DNA of 64,000 nt from Spirochaetia bacterium (lineage in GTDB: Bacteria; Spirochaetota; Spirochaetia; SZUA-6; Bin103): NCBI GenBank assembly GCA_965198005.1, contig CBDAOI010000004.1, forward strand, positions 1,696,001 to 1,760,000, read 5' to 3'. Position numbers and translations under genes: made by a program. Below are positions 1 to 10,556 of this stretch, piece after piece. The notes beneath the pieces were generated by a model. The model did no database searches and was not told the origin of the DNA. It saw only the letters and a program-made list of their open reading frames with translations. Numbering within the stretch: the first letter of the stretch is position 1; every line of letters starts with the position of its first letter.

Positions 1-410
1 ACACGTTTCTGAAACGATTATTGCCGTATTTTCACATCGCTAAGCTTAGTATCGAGGATGCGCAATATCTCTTTAGAGGCACGAATGGGAGGAAAGTAGC
101 CAGAGTCCTTATTGAGTGGGGAGTTGATATAGGAATCGTTACTCTGGCTGAAAGAGGGGCAATTTTGGCCACAGAAAATGAACTTTTGGAAATCCCCCCT
201 TTGACGCAAAAGGCGGTAGATTGTACGGGAGCCGGAGACTGTTTTGCCGCCAGTTTCGCTTTCAGTTATATAGGGGGAAACAAGGCCAAGAGAGCGGGGT
301 TGTTTGCTTCGGCTGCGACCTCGCTCATGATTGAAAAAAGCGGAGGCTTGAGAATCCAAAGAATGCCATCCCTATATCAAGTAAATGAAAGACTCGCTCG
401 GTCAAAATAG
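1..410 (+). CDS. PfkB-family carbohydrate kinase, C-terminal part (5' end outside window)
   Basis: VTLAERGA and DCTGAGDCFAA PfkB signature. Confidence 0.85.
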   Translation, partial: TFLKRLLPYFHIAKLSIEDAQYLFRGTNGRKVARVLIEWGVDIGIVTLAERGAILATENELLEIPPLTQKAVDCTGAGDCFAASFAFSYIGGNKAKRAGLFASAATSLMIEKSGGLRIQRMPSLYQVNERLARSK

Positions 411-465
411 AGTAGGCTAATGGAGTTGGAGAATAGATCAATGGTATTGTCAAGGGTCATGGGCC

Positions 466-1023
466 ATGTATTTTCGTGAGGCGATGGCAATAGTGCATGG
501 TGAGGTGCAATCTTGCTTAAGCAAGGTCGATGAAAGCGAAGTGGGAGCATTGATCGAGCAGATAGCCAGAGCAAATAGGATATTCGTCGTCGGCGTCGGC
601 AGGGTCATGTTGATGATTCAGGCTTTTGCCAAAAGGCTTAAGCACCTACAATTCGACTCTGTCGTAGTGGGAGAGACGATAACACCGGCTATTGGGGAGG
701 AGGACCTCTTGATCGCTGCTTCAGGCTCAGGGGAAACTCTTACCACTATTACTGTGATGCGATTGGCAAAGAAGCACGGAGCTCAAGTCGCTTTGATTAC
801 GGCATCCAATCAATCCACTGCCAAGGCAATTGCCGACAGCTCGGTGAGGATTCCGTGTCCCACGAAGTTTCATCGACCTGAAGAAACTCCATCCAAGCAA
901 CCGATGACCTCTCTGTTCGAGCAATGTCTGCTGTTTTTTTGTGATTGCACTTCCCTCATGCTTCAGGACGAAATGAATATCTCCGAAGAAGATCTATGGA
1001 ACGCCCATTCCAATCTTGAGTAG
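466..1023 (+). CDS. hxlB: SIS-domain sugar-phosphate isomerase, 6-phospho-3-hexuloisomerase-like
   Basis: RIFVVGVGR, ASGSGET, PMTSLFEQ and C-terminal HSNLE. Confidence 0.75.
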   Translation: MYFREAMAIVHGEVQSCLSKVDESEVGALIEQIARANRIFVVGVGRVMLMIQAFAKRLKHLQFDSVVVGETITPAIGEEDLLIAASGSGETLTTITVMRLAKKHGAQVALITASNQSTAKAIADSSVRIPCPTKFHRPEETPSKQPMTSLFEQCLLFFCDCTSLMLQDEMNISEEDLWNAHSNLE

Positions 1024-1086
1024 AGATAGGCGTGAGGCTTCGAGCTCATCGTATCAGTGCTTGTGCATTAGGAGGTATCGACAATC

Positions 1087-2073
1087 ATGGCAGCAAGACG
1101 ATATTCAGTAGCGATAATAGGCTTCGGTCGGTGGGGTGTAGAGCTGTACAAATCATTCAGGGAGTTAGCGTATGTTGATATCGTAGCTGTTTGCAAAAAG
1201 AGAAGAGCACTTCCGACCAAGATCGATCTGGAGAATACAAAGCTGTACACTGACGTGGCAAAGATGCTTCAGACAGAGAAGCTGGATGCCGTAGTTATTG
1301 CAACCCCACCAACTGAACACCCTTTGCAAGTTAGGTTGGCAGCCGAACGGGGGATTCATGTGTTTTGTGAGAAACCGATGGCTGCATACGTCGAAGACTG
1401 CGATGAAATGATCGAGTCGTGCAAGAAAAACAATGTCAAATTGTTTATTGCTTTCAAACATCGATACGCTAAAGCGTATGCCTATTTGAAAAAGAATGCA
1501 TCGATATTGGGAAACCCTCTTTGGGCCCTGTATACGTATCCTCTATGGAAGATTCCAGACCCAGGTTGGAAATTCATCGAGGATGGATGCCGGGGGATTA
1601 TTGTCGAGAACGTAGTTCATGCAATCGACAATCTGAGATACTTGATGGGGGATGTAAAGAGGATCTATGCCGAAGGAGATACTTTCGTTTTCAAAGGAGT
1701 ACAACCTCCGGATTCCGCGATCTTTACATTAAGATTCAACAATGGAGCAATGGCTGCTATCGGGTGCGGGTGTACGTCCGAGGAACGAATCAGCAGAGAA
1801 TATCTGGACATCCATTTTGAAAACGGCATCGCCCAAGTATGGGGCTCTTTGGACTATCCGTATAATCTCCGGATCCTCATGCGGGACGAGCAGGTCATAG
1901 AGGATCACTGTTTTGATGGTAGCGACGGGATCAGAGAGGAGATTAGGCATTTTTTTCAGTGTATAGAAAAGGATGAGGAGCCCCTGGCAACCGGAATAGA
2001 TGGAAGGGAAGCAGTCAGGATCGCTCTCAAGGCAATCGAGTCGATTCGGAGCAACAAAGTGGTGAATCTGTGA
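1087..2073 (+). CDS. Gfo/Idh/MocA oxidoreductase
   Basis: IIGFGRWG Rossmann motif, HVFCEKPMA; AGGAGG RBS. Confidence 0.9.
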   Translation: MAARRYSVAIIGFGRWGVELYKSFRELAYVDIVAVCKKRRALPTKIDLENTKLYTDVAKMLQTEKLDAVVIATPPTEHPLQVRLAAERGIHVFCEKPMAAYVEDCDEMIESCKKNNVKLFIAFKHRYAKAYAYLKKNASILGNPLWALYTYPLWKIPDPGWKFIEDGCRGIIVENVVHAIDNLRYLMGDVKRIYAEGDTFVFKGVQPPDSAIFTLRFNNGAMAAIGCGCTSEERISREYLDIHFENGIAQVWGSLDYPYNLRILMRDEQVIEDHCFDGSDGIREEIRHFFQCIEKDEEPLATGIDGREAVRIALKAIESIRSNKVVNL

Positions 2074-3197
2074 TGAAGGAGAAGGAGAAGGTAAGAGTCG
2101 GAGTCATTGGATGCGGCACCATCGCCCAAAGGGGGCACTTACCTTGGTATTGGGAGAGTCCTAGGGCAGAAATCGCTGCTGTTTGCTCTGACATTGAAGT
2201 GCAAGCAAAAGCCACCGCCAAGCGATGGGGATCGAAACAATGGTTTACGGATTATCAAGAACTGTTGGAAATAGAGGAGCTCGATGCAATAAGCATCTGC
2301 ACACCTGTTTGGTTGCACAAGGAGATTGCCGTGGAAGCGGCTAAGAGGGGCAAGCACATCCTTTGTGAAAAACCAATGGCGAGGACAGAAGAAGAATGCA
2401 GGGAAATGATCGAGGAGGCGGAGAAACAAAACGTCAAGCTCATGGTCGGTTTCATGAAGCGGTTCAATCCGGGATTTCAGAAGATCAAGGAGATCATCGA
2501 CCGGGGGATTATCGGTAGGGTCTATCATTTGGACATCCACTGGAACTTGTATTTTCCACCCAATTCTCGCCCAGCGAAAACATTTTGTGAGGAAGACCGA
2601 GTAGGAGGAGGTGTAATCTTGGATAACGGATCTCATTATATCGATACCTATCGGTGGTTTTTGGATTCGGAAATCGACACGGTGTATGCCGAGGTGTCCA
2701 AGATTATACCGGAGCGAGTTTACGAAGATCACGCCCTGCTACTTCTTCGGTTCGAAAATGGCGCAACATCAATTCTCGACATGGGTTTGAGCCGAGTGGA
2801 GTGGGTAGAGAAATCTGCCTGGGACAGAGAAGGGGTATACTCTCAACACTTCTCAGAGCTTGGTTTTATATACGGGACCGAAGGAACAATCTATTATGAT
2901 GTCCCTCCCTTCGAGTCTGTAGAAGCAGTACGAATAAAGCTATATCTAACAAAAAGACAGGGATGCGAATGGGGTGGATGGCACGAACTAGAGGTACCCG
3001 TCGTCAGGCAACCTGGCGGACCACTCAGTCCTGGGGAAGTGATCACTTATGCGTTCAAAAGTGAAATCGATCACTTCTTGGAGTGTATACAGCAAGATAA
3101 GGAGCTATCCGTAAGCGGTGAAGACGGACGGGTTGTTGCCCGAGTAGTTGCCGCTGCCTACAGATCCTCGCAAACGGGCAAAAGAACAGCGCTGTGA
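2070..3197 (+). CDS. Gfo/Idh/MocA oxidoreductase
   Basis: VIGCGTIA, HILCEKPMA, GGGVILDNGSH; 4-nt overlap with upstream gene. Confidence 0.9.
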   Translation: MMKEKEKVRVGVIGCGTIAQRGHLPWYWESPRAEIAAVCSDIEVQAKATAKRWGSKQWFTDYQELLEIEELDAISICTPVWLHKEIAVEAAKRGKHILCEKPMARTEEECREMIEEAEKQNVKLMVGFMKRFNPGFQKIKEIIDRGIIGRVYHLDIHWNLYFPPNSRPAKTFCEEDRVGGGVILDNGSHYIDTYRWFLDSEIDTVYAEVSKIIPERVYEDHALLLLRFENGATSILDMGLSRVEWVEKSAWDREGVYSQHFSELGFIYGTEGTIYYDVPPFESVEAVRIKLYLTKRQGCEWGGWHELEVPVVRQPGGPLSPGEVITYAFKSEIDHFLECIQQDKELSVSGEDGRVVARVVAAAYRSSQTGKRTAL

Positions 3198-3303
3198 ACC
3201 AAGACACTTGCAAATATCGAAATATCACCCGCACTCAGCGGATGATAAGTCTCGAGCGACCTTGATCAAGAACCAGTCCGGGCGTAGAACGGGAGATGAG
3301 ACA

Positions 3304-3999
3304 ATGATGGAACGGACACCCAAATTAAGCGCTTCGATTATGTGTGCAAATCTGATGAATCTGGGAAAGGATGTTCACACTCTTCATAAAAAAGGTTTCG
3401 ACTTTCTGCATTTTGATATCATGGATGGTCATTTTGTTCCACAGATTGGGCTGGGCACGTTTTTTCTAAGGCAGCTCTGTCTCAATCAGCCGGTGCCCGT
3501 GGATGTACATCTTATGGTGACGGATCCGGAGAATTATATAGACGAATTGTGTGAAGCCGGTGCTTCGGTTATCACTTTCCACTACGAAACTGGAAAAGAT
3601 GTCTACCACATCCTGCAAATGATCAAGAGAAGGAGTGTTCGAGCCGGGATTGCCCTCAGACCATTTACTCCTATTTCTTTGCTTACCCCTCTTGTTGAGT
3701 TCATCGATTTGATTCTGCTCATGGCGTATTCACCGGGGATGCTAAACCAAGAGCCCGTACCGCATTTCGAGGACCAGATTAGGGAACTTACCAGCTTTCT
3801 CGAATCCCATGGAAAAAATCATATAGATATCGCGGTCGATGGGGGTATTTCAGAACAGAATCTATCCCAATATCGGGATGCTGGAGCTAATTTCTTTGTA
3901 TTCGGAAGCTCAGGATTGTTCATACCAGGAAAAGGATTGGAGAAACAGATTGACAGGTTGAAGAGCATCCTGTTTGAATATGAGCAAGAAAGCGTTTGA
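3304..3999 (+). CDS. Ribulose-phosphate 3-epimerase family (Rpe/AlsE-like)
   Basis: HFDIMDGHFVP, DVHLMV, VDGGI. Confidence 0.85.
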   Translation: MMERTPKLSASIMCANLMNLGKDVHTLHKKGFDFLHFDIMDGHFVPQIGLGTFFLRQLCLNQPVPVDVHLMVTDPENYIDELCEAGASVITFHYETGKDVYHILQMIKRRSVRAGIALRPFTPISLLTPLVEFIDLILLMAYSPGMLNQEPVPHFEDQIRELTSFLESHGKNHIDIAVDGGISEQNLSQYRDAGANFFVFGSSGLFIPGKGLEKQIDRLKSILFEYEQESV

Positions 4000-4292
4000 C
4001 ACGGCGCCGACACGTCGTGCCCAATGTCACACGGGTCATAATCATTTCATTCAGCACAGCTGGCTACATCCTGAGCGCGGCATCGCTGAGCTTCCTCGGC
4101 TTCGGCCTGCCGCCGGACGTCCCCGACTGGGGCGGCATGCTGAGTCGCGAGGGGCGCCAGTACATGGAGGCGGCACCGCGCCTGGCGCTCTGGCCGGGCC
4201 TGTGCCTGACGCTGGTCGTGTACAGCCTGAACATGTTCGGCGACGCCTTGCGCGACCTGCTCGACCCCCGGCTCAGGGGAAGTCAGCGGTAA
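3996..4292 (+). pseudogene. DppC/OppC-type ABC permease, 3' fragment
   Basis: ASLSFLGFGLPP...YSLNMFGDALRDLLDPRLRG; N-terminal two-thirds absent. Confidence 0.85.
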
Positions 4293-4476
4293 ACGCGGAG
4301 CCACGCCACTGCTCGCTCACCTCGCCTGCCACGGCGAACGTCAGGCCAACAGCCGCAACACGTTGCCGGTTGGGACCGGACACGCCGAAATCGTCGAGCT
4401 GTGCGGCGGGCGCCGGCGGTCATCCGATTCGGCCCGAGACTTGACGGCCCGACCGTGGATGCCTAGAGTGGAATAC

Positions 4477-4899
4477 GTGGGTATGTTTCAGATCGGGGTG
4501 ACGGTGGCCAACCCCGCCGACGCATCCCGGAACTTCGCGGAACGATTCTGGGTCGACACCGGTGCGCTGTACACGTTCATCCCCGAAGACCGGTTGCATG
4601 CCATCGCCGTCGTGCCGTTGCTGAGCCGGGATCTGATCCTGGCCGATGGACGCCGCGACCGGCGCCTGCTCGGCGAGGCGCGACTCACCATCGAAGGCCT
4701 CGAAGGGGCTCTGACCTGTCCGATCATCTTCGCGCCGCCCGGCTCCCTGCATCTGTTGGGAGCGACGGCGCTGGAGGCGTTTGGTGTGGATGTTGACCCC
4801 ACCGCCCGGCGGCTGAAACCAATCCTCGCCATCATCGGCGGATATCTCGGCAGCATGCCGGGCGAGTCACCCGCAACGGAAGGCGTGAGGCGGACGTGA
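4477..4899 (+). CDS. Small clan AA (retropepsin-like) aspartic protease
   Basis: VDTGALYT, LADGR, LLGATALE motifs. Confidence 0.75.
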   Translation: MGMFQIGVTVANPADASRNFAERFWVDTGALYTFIPEDRLHAIAVVPLLSRDLILADGRRDRRLLGEARLTIEGLEGALTCPIIFAPPGSLHLLGATALEAFGVDVDPTARRLKPILAIIGGYLGSMPGESPATEGVRRT

Positions 4900-4919
4900 G
4901 CACGGTCGGTGCACGAACG

Positions 4920-5158
4920 TCAATCGCCGGCGAGTTCCGCGATCGCCTCGTCCAGTCGGGGAAGCAGGTCCGATTGCGCGAGCGCGCACTCCAATTGGCC
5001 AAGGAGGTCGCGGGCCTCGTCCCCTGATCCACGTCGCCACTGGCCAACAGCGAGCGCAGGTCGTCCAGATCCTTGCCACGACCGGCGAGCACCTTCATGA
5101 CGACGAGGTCGGTGGCATGGGCAACGAGTACGCCGAGCGTGTCAGCGACGGCCGACAT
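4920..5158 (-). pseudogene. Nucleotidyltransferase (DUF6036-like) remnant with internal deletion and frameshift
   Basis: MSAVADTL joined directly to DLVVMKVLAGRGKDLDDL. Confidence 0.55.
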
Positions 5159-5360
5159 GGGGCGCAACGTCCAGGAGCGCGCGTACTCGCTGATGGGTGG
5201 CGAAGTCAGCCCGGCGAATCTCCTCGTCCGGCCAGTCGGGTCGAGTAGCCCGTGCCGCTTCATAGAGCTGGACCGCGAGTTGCACCTTGCGCTCGACCGG
5301 CAGGCGCACCCGCTCCCTGCGAGCCAGCCGGGCCGGCGCCCCCCAGTCGCGTGCGCCGAG
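5142..5360 (-). CDS. Small hypothetical partner of the nucleotidyltransferase (start uncertain)
   Basis: ORF ending DWPDEEIRRADFATHQRVRALLD overlaps the start of the NTase remnant. Confidence 0.4.
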   Translation of the reverse strand, partial: LGARDWGAPARLARRERVRLPVERKVQLAVQLYEAARATRPDWPDEEIRRADFATHQRVRALLDVAPHVGRR

Positions 5361-5469
5361 ATGCGGTGGGCAGCGAGCGGTAACGCCGAGCCCCGCCGTG
5401 AGCTTGAAGCTCGCGTCCGCCGGCGGCTGTTCAGCGCTATACTGGTAGCTCGTGGCGGGACAGTGTGAA

Positions 5470-6417
5470 GTGACGTTCCCGGGGATCGCCGAGGAGACCC
5501 GGCTCCAGCGGCTGCGGCCGCCGGCGGGGCGGGTGCGGATGGTGCTCGACACCGACACCTTCAACCAGGTTGACGACCAGTTCGCGCTGGTCCACGCGCT
5601 GCTCTCCCCGGAGCGGCTGGAGGTCGAGGCGATCTACGCCGCGCCCTTCCACAATGAGCGCTCGGACGGACCGGGGCATGGGATGGAGCTCAGCTACCGG
5701 GAGATCCTGGGGCTCCTGCAGCGGCTCGGTCGCACCGCCGACGGGTTCGCCTTGCGCGGCTCGACCGACTACCTGGGACCCGGGCGGCAGCCGCGCGCCA
5801 GCGCCGCGGTACGGGATCTGGTCGCCCGCGGCCGCGCCAGCCCGGCCGGCGATCCGCTGTACGTGGTCGCGATCGGCGCGCTCACCAACGTCGCTTCCGC
5901 CCTGCTGCTGGAGCCGGGCCTCGTCACGCGGATCGTGGTGGTGTGGCTGGGAGGCCACGCGCTGCACTGGCCCGATGCGTCGGAGTTCAACCTGCGCCAG
6001 GACCTGCCCGCGGCCAGCACCGTGCTCGACTGCGGCGTGCCCCTGGTGCTGGTCCCCTGCCGCGGAGTGACCTCGCATCTGCACACCACCGTCCCCGAGA
6101 TCGAGCGCCACGTCGAGCCGCACGGCGCGCTGGGCGCCTTCCTTGCGTCCCGCTTCAGGGAGTCTGTCGCATCGCGCCGGACTCCCGCCACCGACCACCT
6201 GGGTTGGTCGCGCGTGCTGTGGGACGTGGCGACCATCGGCTACCTGCTGAATCCGGCCTGGGTGCCCACCGAGCTGGTGCCGAGTCCGGTGCTGACCGAC
6301 CAGATCACCTGGAGCGTCGACCGCCGTCGCCACCTGATCCGCTGCGCCAGCTTCGTCGACCGCGATCCGATCTTCCGCGACCTGTTCCGCAAGCTCGCGG
6401 CCGCCGCCGGCCCGTAG
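5470..6417 (+). CDS. Nucleoside hydrolase family protein
   Basis: VLDTDTFNQVDDQFAL, IGALTN, EFN, LWD. Confidence 0.9.
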   Translation: MTFPGIAEETRLQRLRPPAGRVRMVLDTDTFNQVDDQFALVHALLSPERLEVEAIYAAPFHNERSDGPGHGMELSYREILGLLQRLGRTADGFALRGSTDYLGPGRQPRASAAVRDLVARGRASPAGDPLYVVAIGALTNVASALLLEPGLVTRIVVVWLGGHALHWPDASEFNLRQDLPAASTVLDCGVPLVLVPCRGVTSHLHTTVPEIERHVEPHGALGAFLASRFRESVASRRTPATDHLGWSRVLWDVATIGYLLNPAWVPTELVPSPVLTDQITWSVDRRRHLIRCASFVDRDPIFRDLFRKLAAAAGP

Positions 6418-6482
6418 CGCCGGCGTCAGGTGCGGCGCGCGTAGCCGAGCACGCGCCGCAACAACGCCCGATTGACCTGCGC

Positions 6483-6863
6483 CTACGCCACGTTGCCGCG
6501 ACAGTCGTCGCACAGACCGTACAGGGTGATCTCGTGTCCCTCGGTCACGAAACCGGCCGGGGCGAGCTGCTCGATGCCGCGCGGACAGCCGCTCACCTCC
6601 CACAGCGCGTTGCAGCGGCGGCACAGGAAGTGGTGGTGGTGGGGCTTGCCGGCGCGCTCGTACCGGGCCGCGGCGCCGGGCACCTCGACCGGCCGCAGCC
6701 AGCCGGAGTCCACCAGGTCGCGGATGGCGCGGTACACGGTGGCGATCCCGATGCGCGGCAGCTTGGTGCGCGCGGTTTCGTACGCCTCGGTGGGGCTCAG
6801 CGGCCGGTCGTGCGACTCGAACGCGGCCCGGATCGCCGCCCGCTGCCGGGTATGCCGTTCCAT
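6483..6863 (-). CDS. Fur-family transcriptional regulator
   Basis: TRQRAAI, IGIATVYR, HHHHFLCRRC, YGLCDDC. Confidence 0.9.
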   Translation of the reverse strand: MERHTRQRAAIRAAFESHDRPLSPTEAYETARTKLPRIGIATVYRAIRDLVDSGWLRPVEVPGAAARYERAGKPHHHHFLCRRCNALWEVSGCPRGIEQLAPAGFVTEGHEITLYGLCDDCRGNVA

Positions 6864-6955
6864 GCGCCGGATGAACGTACCACCGTCCGGGTGCAATTGC
6901 AAACCGGTCCCGGTCACGCCTACCCTTTCCCGCGGATCAGGACTACGATGGACCG

Positions 6956-8266
6956 ATGAGCCGGATCGCCGAGCTACTGCATGGTTGGGTCGGGTCCTGG
7001 GGCGAGTTCCCGGCACCAGCCGACTTGATTGTCAGCCAGTTGATGCTCGCAGCAGTCGTATTGATCGCCAGCATGATCGCCAACCTCGTTGCCAAACGAC
7101 TCATCCTCAAGGCGATTGGTCGCTTGGTGCGGCGCACCAGGACCCGGTGGGATGACGCAATGGTCGAGCAGCGTGTGTTCTACCGGCTTTCCCACGTCGC
7201 CCCAGCGCTCGTCATCTACCTTGCTGCGCCGCTGTTCCTCGAACTGTCCGCCGCGATCAGCAGTTTCGCGCTGGCGTACATGGGGTTCATCGGACTGATC
7301 GTCATCGGAGCCCTACTGGACACCGTCGTAGTGGTCTACAGCACGTTCGAAATCGCCGATCACAAGCCGATCCGCGGCTACATTCAGGCGGCCAGGATCT
7401 TCATCTACGTGGTTGGCGGCGTCGCCGTAATCGGCACGCTCATTCAGCAGTCGCCGTGGAAGCTGCTCAGCGGAATCGGCGCAATGACGGCGCTCATTCT
7501 GCTCATCTTCAAGGACTCGATCCTCGGCCTGGTCGCCGGAATCCAACTCTCCGGTCACGACATGGTCCGGATCGGAGACTGGATCGAGATGCCGAAGTAC
7601 GACGCCGACGGCGACGTGGTGGACATCACGCTGAACAACGTGAAGGTCCAGAACTGGGACAAGACGATCACCACCATCCCGACTTACGCCCTGGTCGCGA
7701 ACTCGTTCAGGAACTGGCGCGGTATGCAGGAAACCGGCGGCCGGCGCATAAAACGCTCCCTGTTCATCGACATGAACAGCATCCGGTTCTGTTCACCCGA
7801 GATGACCGCCCGCTTTCAACAGATCACCTTCATCAATGACTACGTCGCCGCAAAAAGCAGGGAGATCGACGAGTGGAACCGCGAGCATGGATTCAACATG
7901 GAGATTGCGGTCAACGGCCGCCGGATGACCAACATCGGCACCTTCCGCGCATACGTCTTGCAGTATCTGCGCCATCATCCGAAGATCCATCAGGATCTGA
8001 CCCTGCTGGTCCGGCAGCGACCACCCACCGAGCACGGTATCCCGATCGAGATCTACGCATTTACCAACGACGTCGCCTGGGCCAACTACGAAAACATTCA
8101 GGCTGACATATTCGACCACATCCTGGCCGTGTTGAAGGAATTCGACCTCCGCGTCTACCAGCAACCCAGCGGGCTCGATCTCAAGAGCGGCATCGATTCG
8201 CTTACGGCTGCTCCGACACGTCCGGGCGAGCGCCCCGCGCTGGCACCGGCGGCGGCTTTGCGGTAG
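6956..8266 (+). CDS. MscS-family mechanosensitive channel (YbdG/MscM-like)
   Basis: GDWIEMPKYDADGDV, NWDKTITTIPTY, NWRGMQETGGRRIKR. Confidence 0.9.
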   Translation: MSRIAELLHGWVGSWGEFPAPADLIVSQLMLAAVVLIASMIANLVAKRLILKAIGRLVRRTRTRWDDAMVEQRVFYRLSHVAPALVIYLAAPLFLELSAAISSFALAYMGFIGLIVIGALLDTVVVVYSTFEIADHKPIRGYIQAARIFIYVVGGVAVIGTLIQQSPWKLLSGIGAMTALILLIFKDSILGLVAGIQLSGHDMVRIGDWIEMPKYDADGDVVDITLNNVKVQNWDKTITTIPTYALVANSFRNWRGMQETGGRRIKRSLFIDMNSIRFCSPEMTARFQQITFINDYVAAKSREIDEWNREHGFNMEIAVNGRRMTNIGTFRAYVLQYLRHHPKIHQDLTLLVRQRPPTEHGIPIEIYAFTNDVAWANYENIQADIFDHILAVLKEFDLRVYQQPSGLDLKSGIDSLTAAPTRPGERPALAPAAALR

Positions 8267-8267
8267 G

Positions 8268-9239
8268 GTGGCGGCAATGGCACAACACATCCTGGAGCGC
8301 AGGCCGCTGGGCAAGACCGGTCTGCAGGTCTCGGTGGTTTCGCTCGGCGCCGCGCCGTTCGCCCGGGTCGACGACGAGGTCGCCGCGCGCACCGCGCATC
8401 GCGCACTCGAGCTGGGCGTCAATCTGATCGACACCTCGCCGTTGTACGGCGACGGCGAGAGTGAGCGGAAACTCGGGCTGGCGCTGGAAGCGTGGTACGC
8501 GCAGGGCGGCCGGCGCACGGACTTCATTCTCTGCACCAAGACCGGGACGCGCTCGCGTCCCTACGACTACTCGGCCGACGCCACGCGCTGGAGCATCGAC
8601 CAGAGCCTGCGCACGCTCAAGACCGACTACCTCGACCTGGTGCACGTCCACGACCCGGACCGGCTGGAGCCGGCGCTCGGTCCCGGGGGGGCGTTGGAGG
8701 CGCTGCAGGAGCTGCAGCGGCAGGGGGTGGTGCGCCACGTCGGGCTCGGCGTGCGCGACCTGGACCTGCACTGCGCGTTCCACGCGACCGGCTGCTGCGC
8801 GGCGTCGCTCACCTACCGCGACTACAGTCTGATCAGCCAGAGCGCGGCCGACCGCCTGCTGCCCTCCGCGCAACGCCACCAGGTAGGTCTGCTCAACGCC
8901 CAGATGGTCCGTCACGGGCTGCTGGGCGGCGAGGAGGAGCCGGCCGCCGTGGCGCACCGCTTCAGCACGCGGCCGGGGTTCCAGCCGGGTGAGATCAGCT
9001 ACATCGAGCCGTGGGAGGTGGAGCGCGCCACCCGGCTGTGGCACTGGTGCCGCGACCGGAAGCTTGACCTGCTGGCGCTCAGCGTGCAGTTCGGCCTGCG
9101 CGATCCGCGCATCTCCTCGCAGATGATCGGCACCGGATCGCCCGACCACCTGGAGGCGGGCGTACGGGCGGCGGTGCGGCCGATCGCGCCGGAAGTGTGG
9201 CAGGAACTGGCGGCCGACTTCGAGATCCGCGGGATCTGA
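8268..9239 (+). CDS. Aldo/keto reductase
   Basis: LGKTGLQVS, IDTSPLYG, TK, YLDLVHVHDP. Confidence 0.9.
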   Translation: MAAMAQHILERRPLGKTGLQVSVVSLGAAPFARVDDEVAARTAHRALELGVNLIDTSPLYGDGESERKLGLALEAWYAQGGRRTDFILCTKTGTRSRPYDYSADATRWSIDQSLRTLKTDYLDLVHVHDPDRLEPALGPGGALEALQELQRQGVVRHVGLGVRDLDLHCAFHATGCCAASLTYRDYSLISQSAADRLLPSAQRHQVGLLNAQMVRHGLLGGEEEPAAVAHRFSTRPGFQPGEISYIEPWEVERATRLWHWCRDRKLDLLALSVQFGLRDPRISSQMIGTGSPDHLEAGVRAAVRPIAPEVWQELAADFEIRGI

Positions 9240-9408
9240 GGGAGCTGACGCCCCCGGCCGCGCGTCAGCGCTCCACCGCCTGCAGGATCGCGCCGATCGC
9301 GCGCGACCGGTTCATCACGTAGAAGTGGGCGGGAACAACTCGAACGACAGCCCGAGTCGGCCGGCGCGGTAGACCGCCGCGAGTGGCGCCATGCCCCGGC
9401 CCGCCGCG

Positions 9409-10455
9409 TCAGTCGCTGTTCGGTGCGATCGCTATCTTCAGGGCGTCGTGCCCGTCCAACCGGTAGCTGGTGTCCAGGGCGTGAAACCCGTCGGCTACCC
9501 GATCCAGTGGAAGGACGTGACTCACGAACCCCTCGAACAGCGAGGCGTACTGCTCGAGCAGCGCCAGCGAGCGATAGAAGTGCCGATCCTCGAAGCCCCA
9601 GGCGGCCTCCAGCCGCAGGTTCTTGCGCATCAGCATCTGATTGGGGTTGCACTCGAAGGTGCCGGTGTCCACGAATTGGCCGAACTCGACGTAGGTGCCG
9701 CCGTAGCGCAGGTAGTCGAGTCCCTCGGGAATCGCGGCCAGGAAGCCGGCGCACTCGCATACCACGTCGGCGCCCTTGCCGCGCGGCGTGTTGTCGCGCA
9801 CGATCCGCTTCCGTTCCTCGGCGTCCGGCACTTCCTGGATGTTGATCACCATATCGGCGCCGAGCCGCTGGGCGAACTCCAGCCGCCCGGCGGGCCCGCC
9901 GACGGCGATCAGCCGTCCGGCGCCGGCGCGTCTGGCCCAGGCGATCGCCAGCAGCCCGATCGGTCCGGTGCCCTGAATCACTACCGTGTCGCCGAGCTGG
10001 ATACCGGCGCGGGTGACGCAGTGGTAGGAGCAGGCCGACGGCTCGGTGAGCACCGCGATCGCGCTCGGCAGATCGGTCTTGAGGAACATGATCTTGGGAT
10101 CCCAGAGATAGATGTACTGGCTGAAGCCGCCGCTCAGGTAGGGCGCCTTCTCGGAGGGTCTCCAGCCCACGCCTTTACTGGGGGAAACCACCACCCGGTC
10201 GCCGACCTGCACCGGCTTGCCGGCCGTATCCTGGCTGACGCCGGCCCCGAGCGCATCGAGCGTGCCGACGTTCTCGTGCCCGAGGATGACCTCGAAACCG
10301 AGGCGCTGAAACTGCCAGTTGTGCAGGTCGGTGCCGCAGATGCCGCCCAGCTCCTGCTTGACCAGGACCCGCCCCGGCTCAACCTCCGGCACCGGATACT
10401 CGCGAACGTCGAATTCCCTACCCGTCATCACGCTGGCGCGTGCCGTTATTCCCAT
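9409..10455 (-). CDS. Zinc-binding alcohol dehydrogenase (MDR family)
   Basis: GICGTDLH, GHE, GDRV, GTGPIG. Confidence 0.9.
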   Translation of the reverse strand: MGITARASVMTGREFDVREYPVPEVEPGRVLVKQELGGICGTDLHNWQFQRLGFEVILGHENVGTLDALGAGVSQDTAGKPVQVGDRVVVSPSKGVGWRPSEKAPYLSGGFSQYIYLWDPKIMFLKTDLPSAIAVLTEPSACSYHCVTRAGIQLGDTVVIQGTGPIGLLAIAWARRAGAGRLIAVGGPAGRLEFAQRLGADMVINIQEVPDAEERKRIVRDNTPRGKGADVVCECAGFLAAIPEGLDYLRYGGTYVEFGQFVDTGTFECNPNQMLMRKNLRLEAAWGFEDRHFYRSLALLEQYASLFEGFVSHVLPLDRVADGFHALDTSYRLDGHDALKIAIAPNSD

Positions 10456-10556
10456 GTGGAGAGCCTCCTCTCTGTGGCGTGCGCGCCGCAACGGCGCGCA
10501 GCAGTGCGGTGATTACGCGGCAAGTTAAGGGGGCGGGCGGCGGATGCGTCAAGTGG

